This document shows positions 27,422 through 36,670 of a stretch of DNA of 64,000 nt, one piece after another; the stretch's first letter is position 1, and each line of letters opens with the position of its first letter. The stretch comes from an uncultured Planctomycetales bacterium. GTDB lineage: Bacteria > Omnitrophota > Gorgyraeia > Gygaellales > Profunditerraquicolaceae. The notes beneath the pieces are model-generated. The model made no database searches and was not told the origin of the DNA. It saw only the letters and a list, made by a program, of their open reading frames with translations. The stretch is taken from assembly GCA_964579435.1 (NCBI GenBank), contig CAZOGI010000001.1, positions 157,907 to 221,906 of the forward strand, read 5' to 3'. The translations under genes and the position numbers were made by a program.

Positions 27422-28945
27422 TCAGAGAACGATCCGATACCAGTCAATCTGAACGCCCGAGAGCTCCTGACGACGCAACAGCTCAAGATGCCCCTGGAAC
27501 GACTCGGGCAGGACAAACGGCTTGTTCAACGGCCGCACCAGCCAGAGGGAGCGGATGCCGCGCAATTGAAGCGGGTCGTGGATCACCTCGGTCATGGCCA
27601 GACACAACCAGCCCGAATCCAACTCCCGGCCCAGCTGCTCCATGCTGATCACCTGGCGGAAGGGACGATCCAGATAATGGAAGATGTTCAGGGTCTCGGA
27701 GACATCGGTCACCGCCACCATATCCGCCGGCCCCAGGCGCTCCCGCAGATAGTCGGCGATCACACGGGCATCGGCCTCGACGGTCAAAGAAGGCCGCCCG
27801 TAGAGCCCGACAAAACGCACGGCGTTGGCGACCAGAATGACTGCGGCGAACGCGACCAGCCAGCGCCGCGCCGGCGGCGGGTAGACACTGTGCGCCCAGG
27901 CGATCAGAAGATAAAAAAAAGCGAAGGCTGTTAAAAAATATGACGGATAGTGCAGGTAGGTGCGTCGCAAGAACGCACCCGCGACCGCAACCAGCACCGG
28001 AATGATCCCAGCCAGAACCATAAGCTGCCGCGGGCGCTGTGCGAGGGCCTGCAGGAAACGCAGCGCCCCGGAACCGGACCAGGCGATTCCCCGTAGCGCG
28101 GTACGCCTCAAAAAGAGCGCTCCTACAAAAACACCGATAAACCAAAGGCGCGTGGACCAATGGTTCGCATACAGAAGGAGCAGCTCCCAGAGGGCCGCGG
28201 CAGGACGTACCTCCTGCTGAAAGGCGCGGAAGACGTAGGGGTAAAAACGGTATTTCAGCGCCACCGCCGTCGTGATCCCCATGAGCCCGAAAAGCGAGAC
28301 GGCGATGAGCAGGCGCCGGAAGGGCCGGGAAACGGCGCCGGGGACCAAACAAACCCCCAGCTGTAGCAGCAGCAGGAAAACCCCGAAATAGTGCAGCCAA
28401 ACCGATAGCAGCAGGAAAAACGCGCAGAGATACCGGTAAACCCGCCGGGGATGAGAGAGCGAAAGGAAGAAATAATACATCGTCCCCAGGGACACAACGG
28501 TCCAGATGCTGTAGACGCGCGCCTCGCTCGATAAATAGATGAACCGTTCCGAGCAGGCGATCATCAGGCAGGTCAGGACCCCGACCGCAGGACTAAAAAG
28601 CCGGCTGCCGAGCCGGTAACTTACCCACATGATCCCCACGCCGCTCAGGAGAGAGAAGAACCGCGGCAGGAATTGCCAGAAGAGCGCCCCGCCCAGGAGC
28701 TTTAGGAGAATGAAGTACAGCGGGGGCATCATGTCGCAGGAAGAGAAGAACCGCTCGAACATCTCGAACCAGGGGAGGCGGATGAACGAGAAGGTAAGGG
28801 CCTCGTCGAAATTAAAAGGCCGCAGCAGCATAACGACGCAGCGCAGCGCAGTGCCGAAAACGATTATGGCGAGGGCAAGACGGGAGCAACGTGCAGCTAT
28901 CGTATCGGGGGGGCGAGGGGAAAAAGAAGCATCCCGGTTGTTCAT
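27422..28945 (-). CDS. glycosyltransferase family 39 (ArnT/PMT-like) integral membrane protein
   Basis: More than 10 TM helices, a GT-C type N-terminal region and a periplasmic C-terminal domain. Overlaps the pheT stop. Confidence 0.6.
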   Translation of the reverse strand: MNNRDASFSPRPPDTIAARCSRLALAIIVFGTALRCVVMLLRPFNFDEALTFSFIRLPWFEMFERFFSSCDMMPPLYFILLKLLGGALFWQFLPRFFSLLSGVGIMWVSYRLGSRLFSPAVGVLTCLMIACSERFIYLSSEARVYSIWTVVSLGTMYYFFLSLSHPRRVYRYLCAFFLLLSVWLHYFGVFLLLLQLGVCLVPGAVSRPFRRLLIAVSLFGLMGITTAVALKYRFYPYVFRAFQQEVRPAAALWELLLLYANHWSTRLWFIGVFVGALFLRRTALRGIAWSGSGALRFLQALAQRPRQLMVLAGIIPVLVAVAGAFLRRTYLHYPSYFLTAFAFFYLLIAWAHSVYPPPARRWLVAFAAVILVANAVRFVGLYGRPSLTVEADARVIADYLRERLGPADMVAVTDVSETLNIFHYLDRPFRQVISMEQLGRELDSGWLCLAMTEVIHDPLQLRGIRSLWLVRPLNKPFVLPESFQGHLELLRRQELSGVQIDWYRIVL

Positions 28946-30984
28946 GTCGGCCGTTCGGTACGCACCTGCGCCCCAAACCGGTGCGTCAGAAACGCCTGAA
29001 CCTGCTGACAGAGCGGGGTGATTTCATCCTCGGTCAGGGTGCGCTCGCTGCTGCGGAATTCCAGCGAGAACGTAAGCGCCCGCATTCCCGCGGGAACCCA
29101 GCCCCCGGCAAAATGATCCGTGAGTCGCGCCTGCCGCAGGAGCGCGACGCGCTCTCCCATGAGCTCCCGGATCATCTCCTGAGCGCTGACCGACTCAGCG
29201 ACGCAGAGGGTAAGATCGCGCTGGATCGCGGGAAAACGCGGCAGGGGCTGGAACCGAACTGCGGCCGCGGCCCCGAGCAGCGGCTGCAGATTCAGTTCGG
29301 CCAAAAACACCTGCTGGGCCTTGATCGCATAGGCGGCCAGGACCTCCGGGGAAACCGCGCGCATGCTGCCGATGGCGCCCCCCTGCACCAGGATGGCGGC
29401 CTGGGGCTGCATCTGGTCGAAGGAAAACGCGTATTCCCGGACCCCCAGATGCCTGAACAATTCCTCGAGGATCCCCTTCAGATGCAGCACGCTCGCCGGC
29501 TCACGCATCGCGCCCCGGGGAGAAAAAAAACATTTCTGGCCACACAGCGCGATCCCCAAATGCAGCTCCTCAACACACCGGCGCTGGCGCACGAAAAAAG
29601 TCCGGGCGATTTCGAACAAACCGACAAAGGATTGCTGCTGATTCAGGTTTGCGCGGATGCTGCGCAAAAGCCCCGGCGCCAGAATCGGGCGCAGCACCTC
29701 CTGCTCCGCGCTCAAAGGGTTCTGCACCTCCAAAAGCGTTTCCCCGTCCGGCCACAGACCCGCCAAGGATTTCTTGTCGACGAGGCTGACGGTTATCGCC
29801 TCGGTCAAGCCAAGCCCGGCCAAGAGCTGCTTCGTGCGGCTGACTGCCGGGCGTATCCCCTGCGGCAAGAGGCGCGGGCGCGTCGCCGGTATCGTCGTCG
29901 GGATGCGTTCGTATCCGTAGATGCGCGCCACCTCTTCGATAATATCTGCCTCCTGGGAGACGTCGAGGCGGAACGCCGGGACGCGCACGCGCATATTCTT
30001 GCCCGCCCCGCGCACGGCAAACCCCAGCCGTTGCAGTATCCGCTGCGTCTGTGCACGCGCAACCGCAACTCCCAGCGCCTGGTCGACGTGTTGCGTCGAC
30101 ACGGGAATGCTTCTCCCCCGGCGGTGCCGAAGCGGCGTCAAGGAGCAGGAGGCCAGGCGCGCACCCGCCCATCGACACAGCAATCCCGCAGCCAGCCCGG
30201 CTGCCCAGCGCGCCGTTTCAACGGCAACGCCGCGCTCGAAACGGTAGGAGGCGTCGCTGTTCATACCGAGCCTCTGGCGGCCGCAGCGCACCAGCGCCGG
30301 ATTAAAAACCGCAGCCTCCAGAACGAGCGCGGTCGTCGCGGCGGTTATTTCGGTTTGCCTGCCGCCCATCACGCCGGCGACCGCTACCGGACGTGCGCGG
30401 TCAGCGATAACCAGGATCTCTGGCCCCAGCGCCCGCTCCTGTCCATCGATGGTCGTGAGACGCTCGCCGGGACGCGCCCGTCGCACGGCGATAGTGTCGG
30501 TCCCCAAGGCCGCGGCATCAAACGCATGCAGCGGGGCGCCCAGGCCAAAAAGGATATAGTTGGTGATGTCGACGATGTTGTTGATGCTGCGGCAGCCGAT
30601 GCGCTCCAGGCGCTCCTGCATCCAGGAAGGCGCCGGGCAGACTTTCGCGTCGAGGAAGACCTGGGCCGAATAAAACGGGCAATCGCGCACGCTCTCGATC
30701 GCCAGCCGCAACGGCTTGCCTGCGCGCGCCGTCTTTGCCAGCGGCCTGCCCGGCGCGCCGAAACGCAGCGGTTCTCCGGTCAGCGCCGAAACTTCGCGCG
30801 CGACGCCGCAGACGCTCAACCAGTCGGGCCGGTTAGACGTTATCTCGATCTCAAAGATCCAGTCCGTTCCGGCGCGCTCCAGCCCTTTGACCTCCAGCCC
30901 CGCCATGGTCAGGCGCTCGGCAAGCTCCTCGGGAGGCAGGGTCAGCCGCACAAATTCGCCAAGCCACTCGTAAGAGATCTTCAT
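28942..30984 (-). CDS. pheT: phenylalanine--tRNA ligase beta subunit, lacking the N-terminal EMAP-like tRNA-binding domain
   Basis: MKISYEWLGEFV start runs straight into the B3/4 region (EIEITSNRPDW). B5, catalytic-like and FDX-ACB domains are present. 680 aa versus about 800 typical. Confidence 0.85.
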   Translation of the reverse strand: MKISYEWLGEFVRLTLPPEELAERLTMAGLEVKGLERAGTDWIFEIEITSNRPDWLSVCGVAREVSALTGEPLRFGAPGRPLAKTARAGKPLRLAIESVRDCPFYSAQVFLDAKVCPAPSWMQERLERIGCRSINNIVDITNYILFGLGAPLHAFDAAALGTDTIAVRRARPGERLTTIDGQERALGPEILVIADRARPVAVAGVMGGRQTEITAATTALVLEAAVFNPALVRCGRQRLGMNSDASYRFERGVAVETARWAAGLAAGLLCRWAGARLASCSLTPLRHRRGRSIPVSTQHVDQALGVAVARAQTQRILQRLGFAVRGAGKNMRVRVPAFRLDVSQEADIIEEVARIYGYERIPTTIPATRPRLLPQGIRPAVSRTKQLLAGLGLTEAITVSLVDKKSLAGLWPDGETLLEVQNPLSAEQEVLRPILAPGLLRSIRANLNQQQSFVGLFEIARTFFVRQRRCVEELHLGIALCGQKCFFSPRGAMREPASVLHLKGILEELFRHLGVREYAFSFDQMQPQAAILVQGGAIGSMRAVSPEVLAAYAIKAQQVFLAELNLQPLLGAAAAVRFQPLPRFPAIQRDLTLCVAESVSAQEMIRELMGERVALLRQARLTDHFAGGWVPAGMRALTFSLEFRSSERTLTEDEITPLCQQVQAFLTHRFGAQVRTERPT

Positions 30985-31005
30985 CTGCCCGTTCGCGTAT
31001 CCCGT

Positions 31006-32046
31006 TTAGAATTGGTCAAGGAAACGAAGGTCATTCTCGAAAAAAAGACGGATATCGTCGATGCCGTATTTCAGCATAGCGATGCGCTCCACCCCCATCC
31101 CAAAGGCAAACCCGCTGAACTTCCCCCGGCCGTAGCCGACGGTCTCAAAGACTGCCGGATGAATCATGCCGGCGCCGAGGATCTCCAGCCACCCCTTGCG
31201 GCCGCAGACCGAACAGCCGCGCCCTTTGCAGATGATGCAGGAAATGTCGACTTCCGCAGACGGTTCGGTGAACGGGAAAAAATGCGGACGCAGCCGCATG
31301 CGTATGTCCTCCCCGAAAACCCCCTTTGCAAAAAGCTCCAGCACCCCCTTGAGATCGGCGAACGTGACGGCGCGGTCGACGAGAAACCCCTCGATCTGAT
31401 GGAACATGAACGAATGGCTCGCGTCCACCGCGTCCGGGCGGTAGACCCGCCCGGGAATGACGACGGCCAGAGGAGGCCGGAACTGTTTCATCATCCGCAC
31501 CTGGCCCGGGGAGGTATGACTGCGCAGGAGGAGTCGTTGCGTCTCTCCGGGGCATTTTTCCTGCTTCAGATAAAACGTGTCGAAGGCGTCGCGCGAAGGA
31601 TGCTCCAACGGGATATTCAGCCCGGTAAAATTATTGAATTCGGTTTCCACCTCCGGCGTGTCGGCGACCGAAAAACCCAAGCGTTCGAAAAGCGCGCAGA
31701 TTTCCTCGATCACGGCCGTAATCGGATGGAGTTTGCCGACGCTCGGGGAGACGCCCGGCAGCCCGGCGTATTCCGCAAAACCCCGCGGGGATCCGGCGGA
31801 ACCGGAAAGCGCCGCCGCCTTATGCTCAATCGCCTCCAGCACAAAACGCTTCAAGGCGTTGGTCCGCTGGCCGAACAATCCACGTTCTTCTTTCGGTAGC
31901 CCAGGAATGGCGCCGGTCAGCTCGGCAAGGACGCCTTTGCGCCCGGCATATCTGGCCTTATACGCCTCCAACTCTGCCGGCGTCTTTATGCGCTCGATCT
32001 CTTCGGTTGCGGTTTTTTGAAGAGCTTCAAAATCAACAGAAGACAT
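31006..32046 (-). CDS. pheS: phenylalanine--tRNA ligase alpha subunit
   Basis: Class II motifs (FPFTEPSAEVD, GAGMIHP, GFAFGMGVERIAML). Start at internal ATG 32046 (MSSVDFEAL). Confidence 0.9.
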   Translation of the reverse strand: MSSVDFEALQKTATEEIERIKTPAELEAYKARYAGRKGVLAELTGAIPGLPKEERGLFGQRTNALKRFVLEAIEHKAAALSGSAGSPRGFAEYAGLPGVSPSVGKLHPITAVIEEICALFERLGFSVADTPEVETEFNNFTGLNIPLEHPSRDAFDTFYLKQEKCPGETQRLLLRSHTSPGQVRMMKQFRPPLAVVIPGRVYRPDAVDASHSFMFHQIEGFLVDRAVTFADLKGVLELFAKGVFGEDIRMRLRPHFFPFTEPSAEVDISCIICKGRGCSVCGRKGWLEILGAGMIHPAVFETVGYGRGKFSGFAFGMGVERIAMLKYGIDDIRLFFENDLRFLDQF

Positions 32047-32489
32047 ATCCCTCCCGCTAAAACAAAAACCAATCGCTTCTTTTCTTCGCTCGGTTTTTCG
32101 TTGAACGGCCTGCCCGGACGCAGAAGCCGCAGGTGCGTCGCATGGATATCCAAATCCCCCCCGTGCTGCGGACAACTGCGCCTGAACGTCCCGGTCACGG
32201 TCACCCAATCGCCGCGCTGTCGGTAATTGCCCGCGCGGGAGACCGCCGCGGCAAAATCCCGGCTGAGCCAGCAGCCGATCGCGACAGTGCCGTCGTGTAC
32301 GTTGACCCAGGCGTGGTCTCCCCGGACCAGTACTTCGCCGACCACCTCCCCTTCGTAACAGACCGTGGCGCCGTCAAGCGAACGCGCCTCTTTAAGGAGC
32401 GACGCCCCGGTCACAGGCGTCTCAGCCGCAGACACCATGCCGACTCCCCACAGGCAGACCGCCATCAACACCATCCGGCCACGGCGCAT
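31986..32489 (-). CDS. hypothetical secreted protein (possibly OB-fold/BOF-like) with C-terminal TM helix
   Basis: Signal peptide MVLMAVCLWGVGMVSAAE, 167 aa. Overlaps the pheS start by 60 nt, so the real extent is uncertain. Confidence 0.3.
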   Translation of the reverse strand: MRRGRMVLMAVCLWGVGMVSAAETPVTGASLLKEARSLDGATVCYEGEVVGEVLVRGDHAWVNVHDGTVAIGCWLSRDFAAAVSRAGNYRQRGDWVTVTGTFRRSCPQHGGDLDIHATHLRLLRPGRPFNEKPSEEKKRLVFVLAGGICLLLILKLFKKPQPKRSSA

Positions 32490-32492
32490 ACG

Positions 32493-34028
32493 CTATTTAC
32501 CCCGCAGGAATGCCCACACCACGCCCAGGAGCGTGAAGACCGCCATGAACTCCAGCCTCCCTGCCCACATCTGCAGGATATACGTCAGTTTCAGGGCCGC
32601 CGGCATCCCCGGCTCGGTAATCCCCATGGAAAGACCGACGTTGGCGGCAGCCGAGGTCGACTCAAACAACGACGCAAGGAACGGATAGCCGCAGAGCATC
32701 CCGGCCAGGGCTCCGGCCGCGTACAGACACAGGTACGCGATCGTGATAATACCCGCAGCGCGGACCATTTTATCCTCAAGGAAAACGTCCTTGATATGAT
32801 GGATGCGCTCGGCGAAAATCGCGTGCTCGCTCAGGAGAATGCGTTTTATATCCTGTTTGAAGGCCTTGACCAGAACACCGATGCGCAGCATCTTGATCGC
32901 GCCCGTCGTCGAACAGAGGCCGCCGCCCAGGGCCATCGCCCCCACCAGTCCCACCAGCGCCAGATCCCCCCATTCATGGACGAACTGAGGAGAATAGACC
33001 GTAGAAAAACCGGTGCCGGTATGGCCGGAAAGGAGCTGGTAAAATCCTTTGCGGAACAAAAGCCCCGTCGCCGAATACGTTTGATCCATGCGCAACCCCG
33101 CGGTAACGACTGCGGCCAAAAACAGGACGGAAATGCCGAAGGCCACTGTTTCGATGTTGCGCCAGAGCTCGCGCCGGTCTCCGGTCCATACCTTATAATG
33201 GAGGCGGAAATTAAGCGCGCCCAAAATCATGATCACCGCCGTCGTCAACTCCATCCCCAGGCTGTGATAGTAGAGGACGCTCTGCGACTGCGGCGCAAAC
33301 CCGCCGGTATCGAACGCCGCCATAAAGAGACACGCCCCGTGAAAGAAGGCCAACGCCGGACGTTGCCCGCAGCGCATGCCGGCCACGGCAAGGGCCAGGG
33401 TCCCCAGGAGCAGAAAAACGAAACTGACCAGCCAGATGAACCGCGCGGTATGCAGGACATTCGGCAGCACCCGTTCGTCCCGGCCTTCCCCGACATACAT
33501 CTTGAATCCGCCGGCCATGCCTTTGACAAAAAGGGAGAGACCGATGATCGCGATCCCCTGCCCGCCGATGAACATGGTGAGATGTCGCCAGAGGTTATGG
33601 CTCAAGGAGAGGTGGTCCAAATCCTGGGCGAGCGATAACCCGGTGGTGGCAAACCCGGACATCGCCTCGAAGCAGGCATCCAGGAACGAACCGAAATGTC
33701 CGCTCAGATATAACGGGATCGCGCCAAAGATCATAGCCAGGATCCAGGCGAGCGCCACCACGACCATTCCCTGCATCCAGGACAGATCTCTCGAACGCCC
33801 GCATAAAACGGTCAGCAGGAGGCCGGCAAGAACGGCCGACTCGATGCCGACGCAAAAATCCATCGCCGGATTCGTCTCCCCGGCGGCGAGGGCAACGAAC
33901 AAGGGCACGGCCATCGAGACGCCGAGGGCCAGGAGCATCCTGCCCAGGAAGTAGCCGCACGTGCTCACCTCGGCCAGCTTCGGGCGCAGGATCACGGCAA
34001 CCACCTCAAGAGAATACAGACCGCCCAT
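32493..34028 (-). CDS. trkH: Trk/Ktr potassium transporter membrane subunit
   Basis: Repeated M1-P-M2 units with GFATTG- and GTGFS-type selectivity motifs, about 510 aa. Confidence 0.8.
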   Translation of the reverse strand: MGGLYSLEVVAVILRPKLAEVSTCGYFLGRMLLALGVSMAVPLFVALAAGETNPAMDFCVGIESAVLAGLLLTVLCGRSRDLSWMQGMVVVALAWILAMIFGAIPLYLSGHFGSFLDACFEAMSGFATTGLSLAQDLDHLSLSHNLWRHLTMFIGGQGIAIIGLSLFVKGMAGGFKMYVGEGRDERVLPNVLHTARFIWLVSFVFLLLGTLALAVAGMRCGQRPALAFFHGACLFMAAFDTGGFAPQSQSVLYYHSLGMELTTAVIMILGALNFRLHYKVWTGDRRELWRNIETVAFGISVLFLAAVVTAGLRMDQTYSATGLLFRKGFYQLLSGHTGTGFSTVYSPQFVHEWGDLALVGLVGAMALGGGLCSTTGAIKMLRIGVLVKAFKQDIKRILLSEHAIFAERIHHIKDVFLEDKMVRAAGIITIAYLCLYAAGALAGMLCGYPFLASLFESTSAAANVGLSMGITEPGMPAALKLTYILQMWAGRLEFMAVFTLLGVVWAFLRGK

Positions 34029-34104
34029 CCGCCGGCGATGAGCGCCAGGGCGTATGCGCATTCGGCCGCAATGCCCAAAAACGCCTGGGCCAGGGTCTGC
34101 TTTC

Positions 34105-34767
34105 TCATAGTTTCCCGACGAGAAGCTGCAGGAGCTGCGGCTCGTTGCCGATCAGGGTCAGGGCGATCACGTCGTCCCCGGGCTTGAAAACGGTGTTGCC
34201 TTTCGGCACAATAACCTCTTCGCCGCGCAGGATCGAAATCAGAACCGAATTCTCCGGCCAGCGGATCTCCTGGACCTGACGGTTAATGACCGCCGCCTCC
34301 AGAGGCAAATCGACGCGCACGATCGCCAGCTTACCGCGCTTGAAGCTCATCAAATTGACGAAATCGGAGAACGAAACCTCCTCCTCGATCACCTTGGCGA
34401 TGATCATGGTGGAGTCGACCGGAACGTCGATCCCCAGCTGGGAAAAGGTGTGCTCGTTATCGGGATCGTTGACCCTGCCGACGGTGCGCCGGATGCGGAA
34501 GCGCTCCTTGGCGAGCTGGCAGATGATCAGATTATCCTCGTCGTCACCGGTCACTGCCGCAAGAACATCCGCGCGCTCCGCCCCCGCCTGCTCCAGGATA
34601 TGCGGATCGCACCCGTCGCCCCGGATTACCGTCACCTCTAACTGGCGGGCGAGCTCTTCGCAAATCTTGCGGTCTTTGTCGACGAGAACGATGGTATGTT
34701 TGTGGGCGCAGAGGCGTTTGGCGAGGAAAAAACCGATCTTGCCTGCTCCGACGATTATCAGATACAT
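34105..34767 (-). CDS. trkA: Trk/Ktr NAD-binding regulatory subunit
   Basis: MYLIIVGAGKIGFFLAKRL Rossmann motif plus TrkA_C domain, 220 aa. Confidence 0.8.
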   Translation of the reverse strand: MYLIIVGAGKIGFFLAKRLCAHKHTIVLVDKDRKICEELARQLEVTVIRGDGCDPHILEQAGAERADVLAAVTGDDEDNLIICQLAKERFRIRRTVGRVNDPDNEHTFSQLGIDVPVDSTMIIAKVIEEEVSFSDFVNLMSFKRGKLAIVRVDLPLEAAVINRQVQEIRWPENSVLISILRGEEVIVPKGNTVFKPGDDVIALTLIGNEPQLLQLLVGKL

Positions 34768-34786
34768 ACGCGCCTTCTCCCCGAAG

Positions 34787-35431
34787 CTACAGATCGAACA
34801 GCTGTCTGATGCGCGGCAGGCTTGCCACCTTGACCGCGGCTAAAAGGACGTCTTTCTCCTTAAGGACCGAGGTGGGAGCGGGAAGGAAATCGCCCGACGG
34901 GCGGCGGATGGCCACGACCATCAACTCCTGCGGGAGGTTCAGCTCCTGCACCGCCTTGCCGATCAGGCCCTTTTTGACCTCGATCTCGATGACCCCCAGA
35001 TCCTTCGTTTCGATGAGCGAACTGGAAAAGCGGCTTTCGATGATCTTGTCGCGCAACATCGCGGCGAAAAGAACCGTCCCGCTGATGATGTCGAGCCCGA
35101 GAGCGGCATAGATGTGGGCGCGCTGCGGGTCATACACGCGCGCAATGACCTTGGGCACGCTGAAGATTTTCTTGGCGACCTGCGCCGAGATAAGGTTGGT
35201 GTTGTCGCCGTTGGTGACCGCGCAGAAGGCGTCCGCCTTTTCGATGCCGGCAAGCTTCAGCAGCTCAAGACTGAATCCGTTGCCGACGAACGTCAAGCCG
35301 TTGAATGCGCTGCCGAGCCGGTCGAAAGCGTCGGCGTTCTTGTCGATAACGACGACGTTATGCTCCTCGCTGGAGAGGAGTTTGGCCAGCTCCGACCCCA
35401 CCCGTCCACATCCGACGATGATGACGTACAT
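34787..35431 (-). CDS. trkA: Trk/Ktr NAD-binding regulatory subunit (second copy)
   Basis: MYVIIVGCGRVGSELAKLL Rossmann motif plus TrkA_C, 214 aa. Confidence 0.8.
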   Translation of the reverse strand: MYVIIVGCGRVGSELAKLLSSEEHNVVVIDKNADAFDRLGSAFNGLTFVGNGFSLELLKLAGIEKADAFCAVTNGDNTNLISAQVAKKIFSVPKVIARVYDPQRAHIYAALGLDIISGTVLFAAMLRDKIIESRFSSSLIETKDLGVIEIEVKKGLIGKAVQELNLPQELMVVAIRRPSGDFLPAPTSVLKEKDVLLAAVKVASLPRIRQLFDL

Positions 35432-35445
35432 GCCCGCGCCTCTTT

Positions 35446-35805
35446 TTAGCGGCCTGCTCGCTTCCCGGTCAAAGCGATAATCTTGGCGAATACCTGCGGC
35501 TCGCGCACCGCCAGGTCTGCGAGCATCTTACGGTCGAGGGTCACCTGCGCTTTTTTCAAACCGCTCAGGAATGCGCTGTAGGTAATGCCGGCGGCGCGGC
35601 AGGCGGCATTGATACGCACCACCCAGAGAGAGCGCATATCGCGCTTCTTGACCTTGCGGTCGCGGTAGGCGTAGACCTGCGCATGCAGGAGCGCGCGGCG
35701 CGCCTGCTGGAACTGTTTGCTGCGGTCCCCCCAAAATCCCTTCGTCCGGCGCAACAATCGTTTTTTGCGCCGCCGTGTCGCTACACTATGCTTGATTTTT
35801 GCCAT
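35446..35805 (-). CDS. rplT: 50S ribosomal protein L20
   Basis: [29 protein letters not shown], the canonical L20 sequence. Confidence 0.9.
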   Translation of the reverse strand: MAKIKHSVATRRRKKRLLRRTKGFWGDRSKQFQQARRALLHAQVYAYRDRKVKKRDMRSLWVVRINAACRAAGITYSAFLSGLKKAQVTLDRKMLADLAVREPQVFAKIIALTGKRAGR

Positions 35806-35873
35806 GGAGAAACTCCTTATCCGCGCTCTCTGGTACCTGCCGTCGGTGATGGCGCGCGGTCGACACCGATCCT

Positions 35874-36074
35874 TTAGCCGTGCGGAAGCATCCGCCTCAG
35901 GAACTGTGCGGTCTTGGCCGCACGGACCGTTTTTCCGCGGCGCAGCCTCCGCAGCCGCTTCGTGGTCTTGCTCGAGAGCAAATGGCTCTTGCCGCAGGCG
36001 CCGTATTTAACCTTCCGCTTCTTTGTCAAACGGAACCGTTTTGCAACACCTTTTTTTGTCTTTAAGCCTGGCAT
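35874..36074 (-). CDS. rpmI: 50S ribosomal protein L35
   Basis: [23 protein letters not shown], 66 aa. Confidence 0.9.
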   Translation of the reverse strand: MPGLKTKKGVAKRFRLTKKRKVKYGACGKSHLLSSKTTKRLRRLRRGKTVRAAKTAQFLRRMLPHG

Positions 36075-36102
36075 ATCGTTCCCCTTGCGTACCGACCGTC
36101 CT

Positions 36103-36609
36103 CTATTTCGGCCCGATCACGAATGACATGATCCGGCCTTCCAGGGAAGGTTCTTTTTCGACCTGCCCGTGATTCTGCGTGTCCATGATGAATTTATCGA
36201 GAATCTTGCGCCCCAGATCCAGGTGTTCCATCTGGCGGCCGCGAAAGAAAAGGTTAACCTTGACCTTGTCTTTCTTCTCAAGAAACGTCAGCACGTGTTT
36301 CAGTTTCACCTGATAATCGTGCTCGTCGATATTGGGCTTTATACGGATCTCTTTCAGGCGAGTCTGGTGCTGGTGTCTCCGCGCCTCCCGTTCCTTCTTC
36401 TCCTGATCGTATTTGAATTTGCTGAAATCGATGATCCGGCACACCGGCGGCGTTGCCTGCGCGGCAACCTCCACCAGATCCAGCTCGTACTGGTTTGCCA
36501 GTTCCTGGGCCTTGTGCACCGGCATAATCCCCAGCTGATTGCCTTCGGGACCGATCAAGCGAACCTGCGAAGCACGAATGCGATCGTTGACGCGGATGAA
36601 CTTTTTTAT
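36103..36609 (-). CDS. infC: translation initiation factor IF-3 (non-AUG start)
   Basis: IKKFIRVNDRIRASQVRLIGPEGNQLGI and both IF3 N and C domains. Likely start is an AUA/AUU codon at about 36607-36609, 6 nt after a GGGAGGTG Shine-Dalgarno. The ORF-track extension back to TTG at 36714 is probably not translated. Confidence 0.75.
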   Translation of the reverse strand: MKKFIRVNDRIRASQVRLIGPEGNQLGIMPVHKAQELANQYELDLVEVAAQATPPVCRIIDFSKFKYDQEKKEREARRHQHQTRLKEIRIKPNIDEHDYQVKLKHVLTFLEKKDKVKVNLFFRGRQMEHLDLGRKILDKFIMDTQNHGQVEKEPSLEGRIMSFVIGPK

Positions 36610-36670
36610 AGCAACCACCTCCCTCGCGCCGGAGCCTTCCGACGGCGTCGCCGCGGACGGCAAAGGCGCT

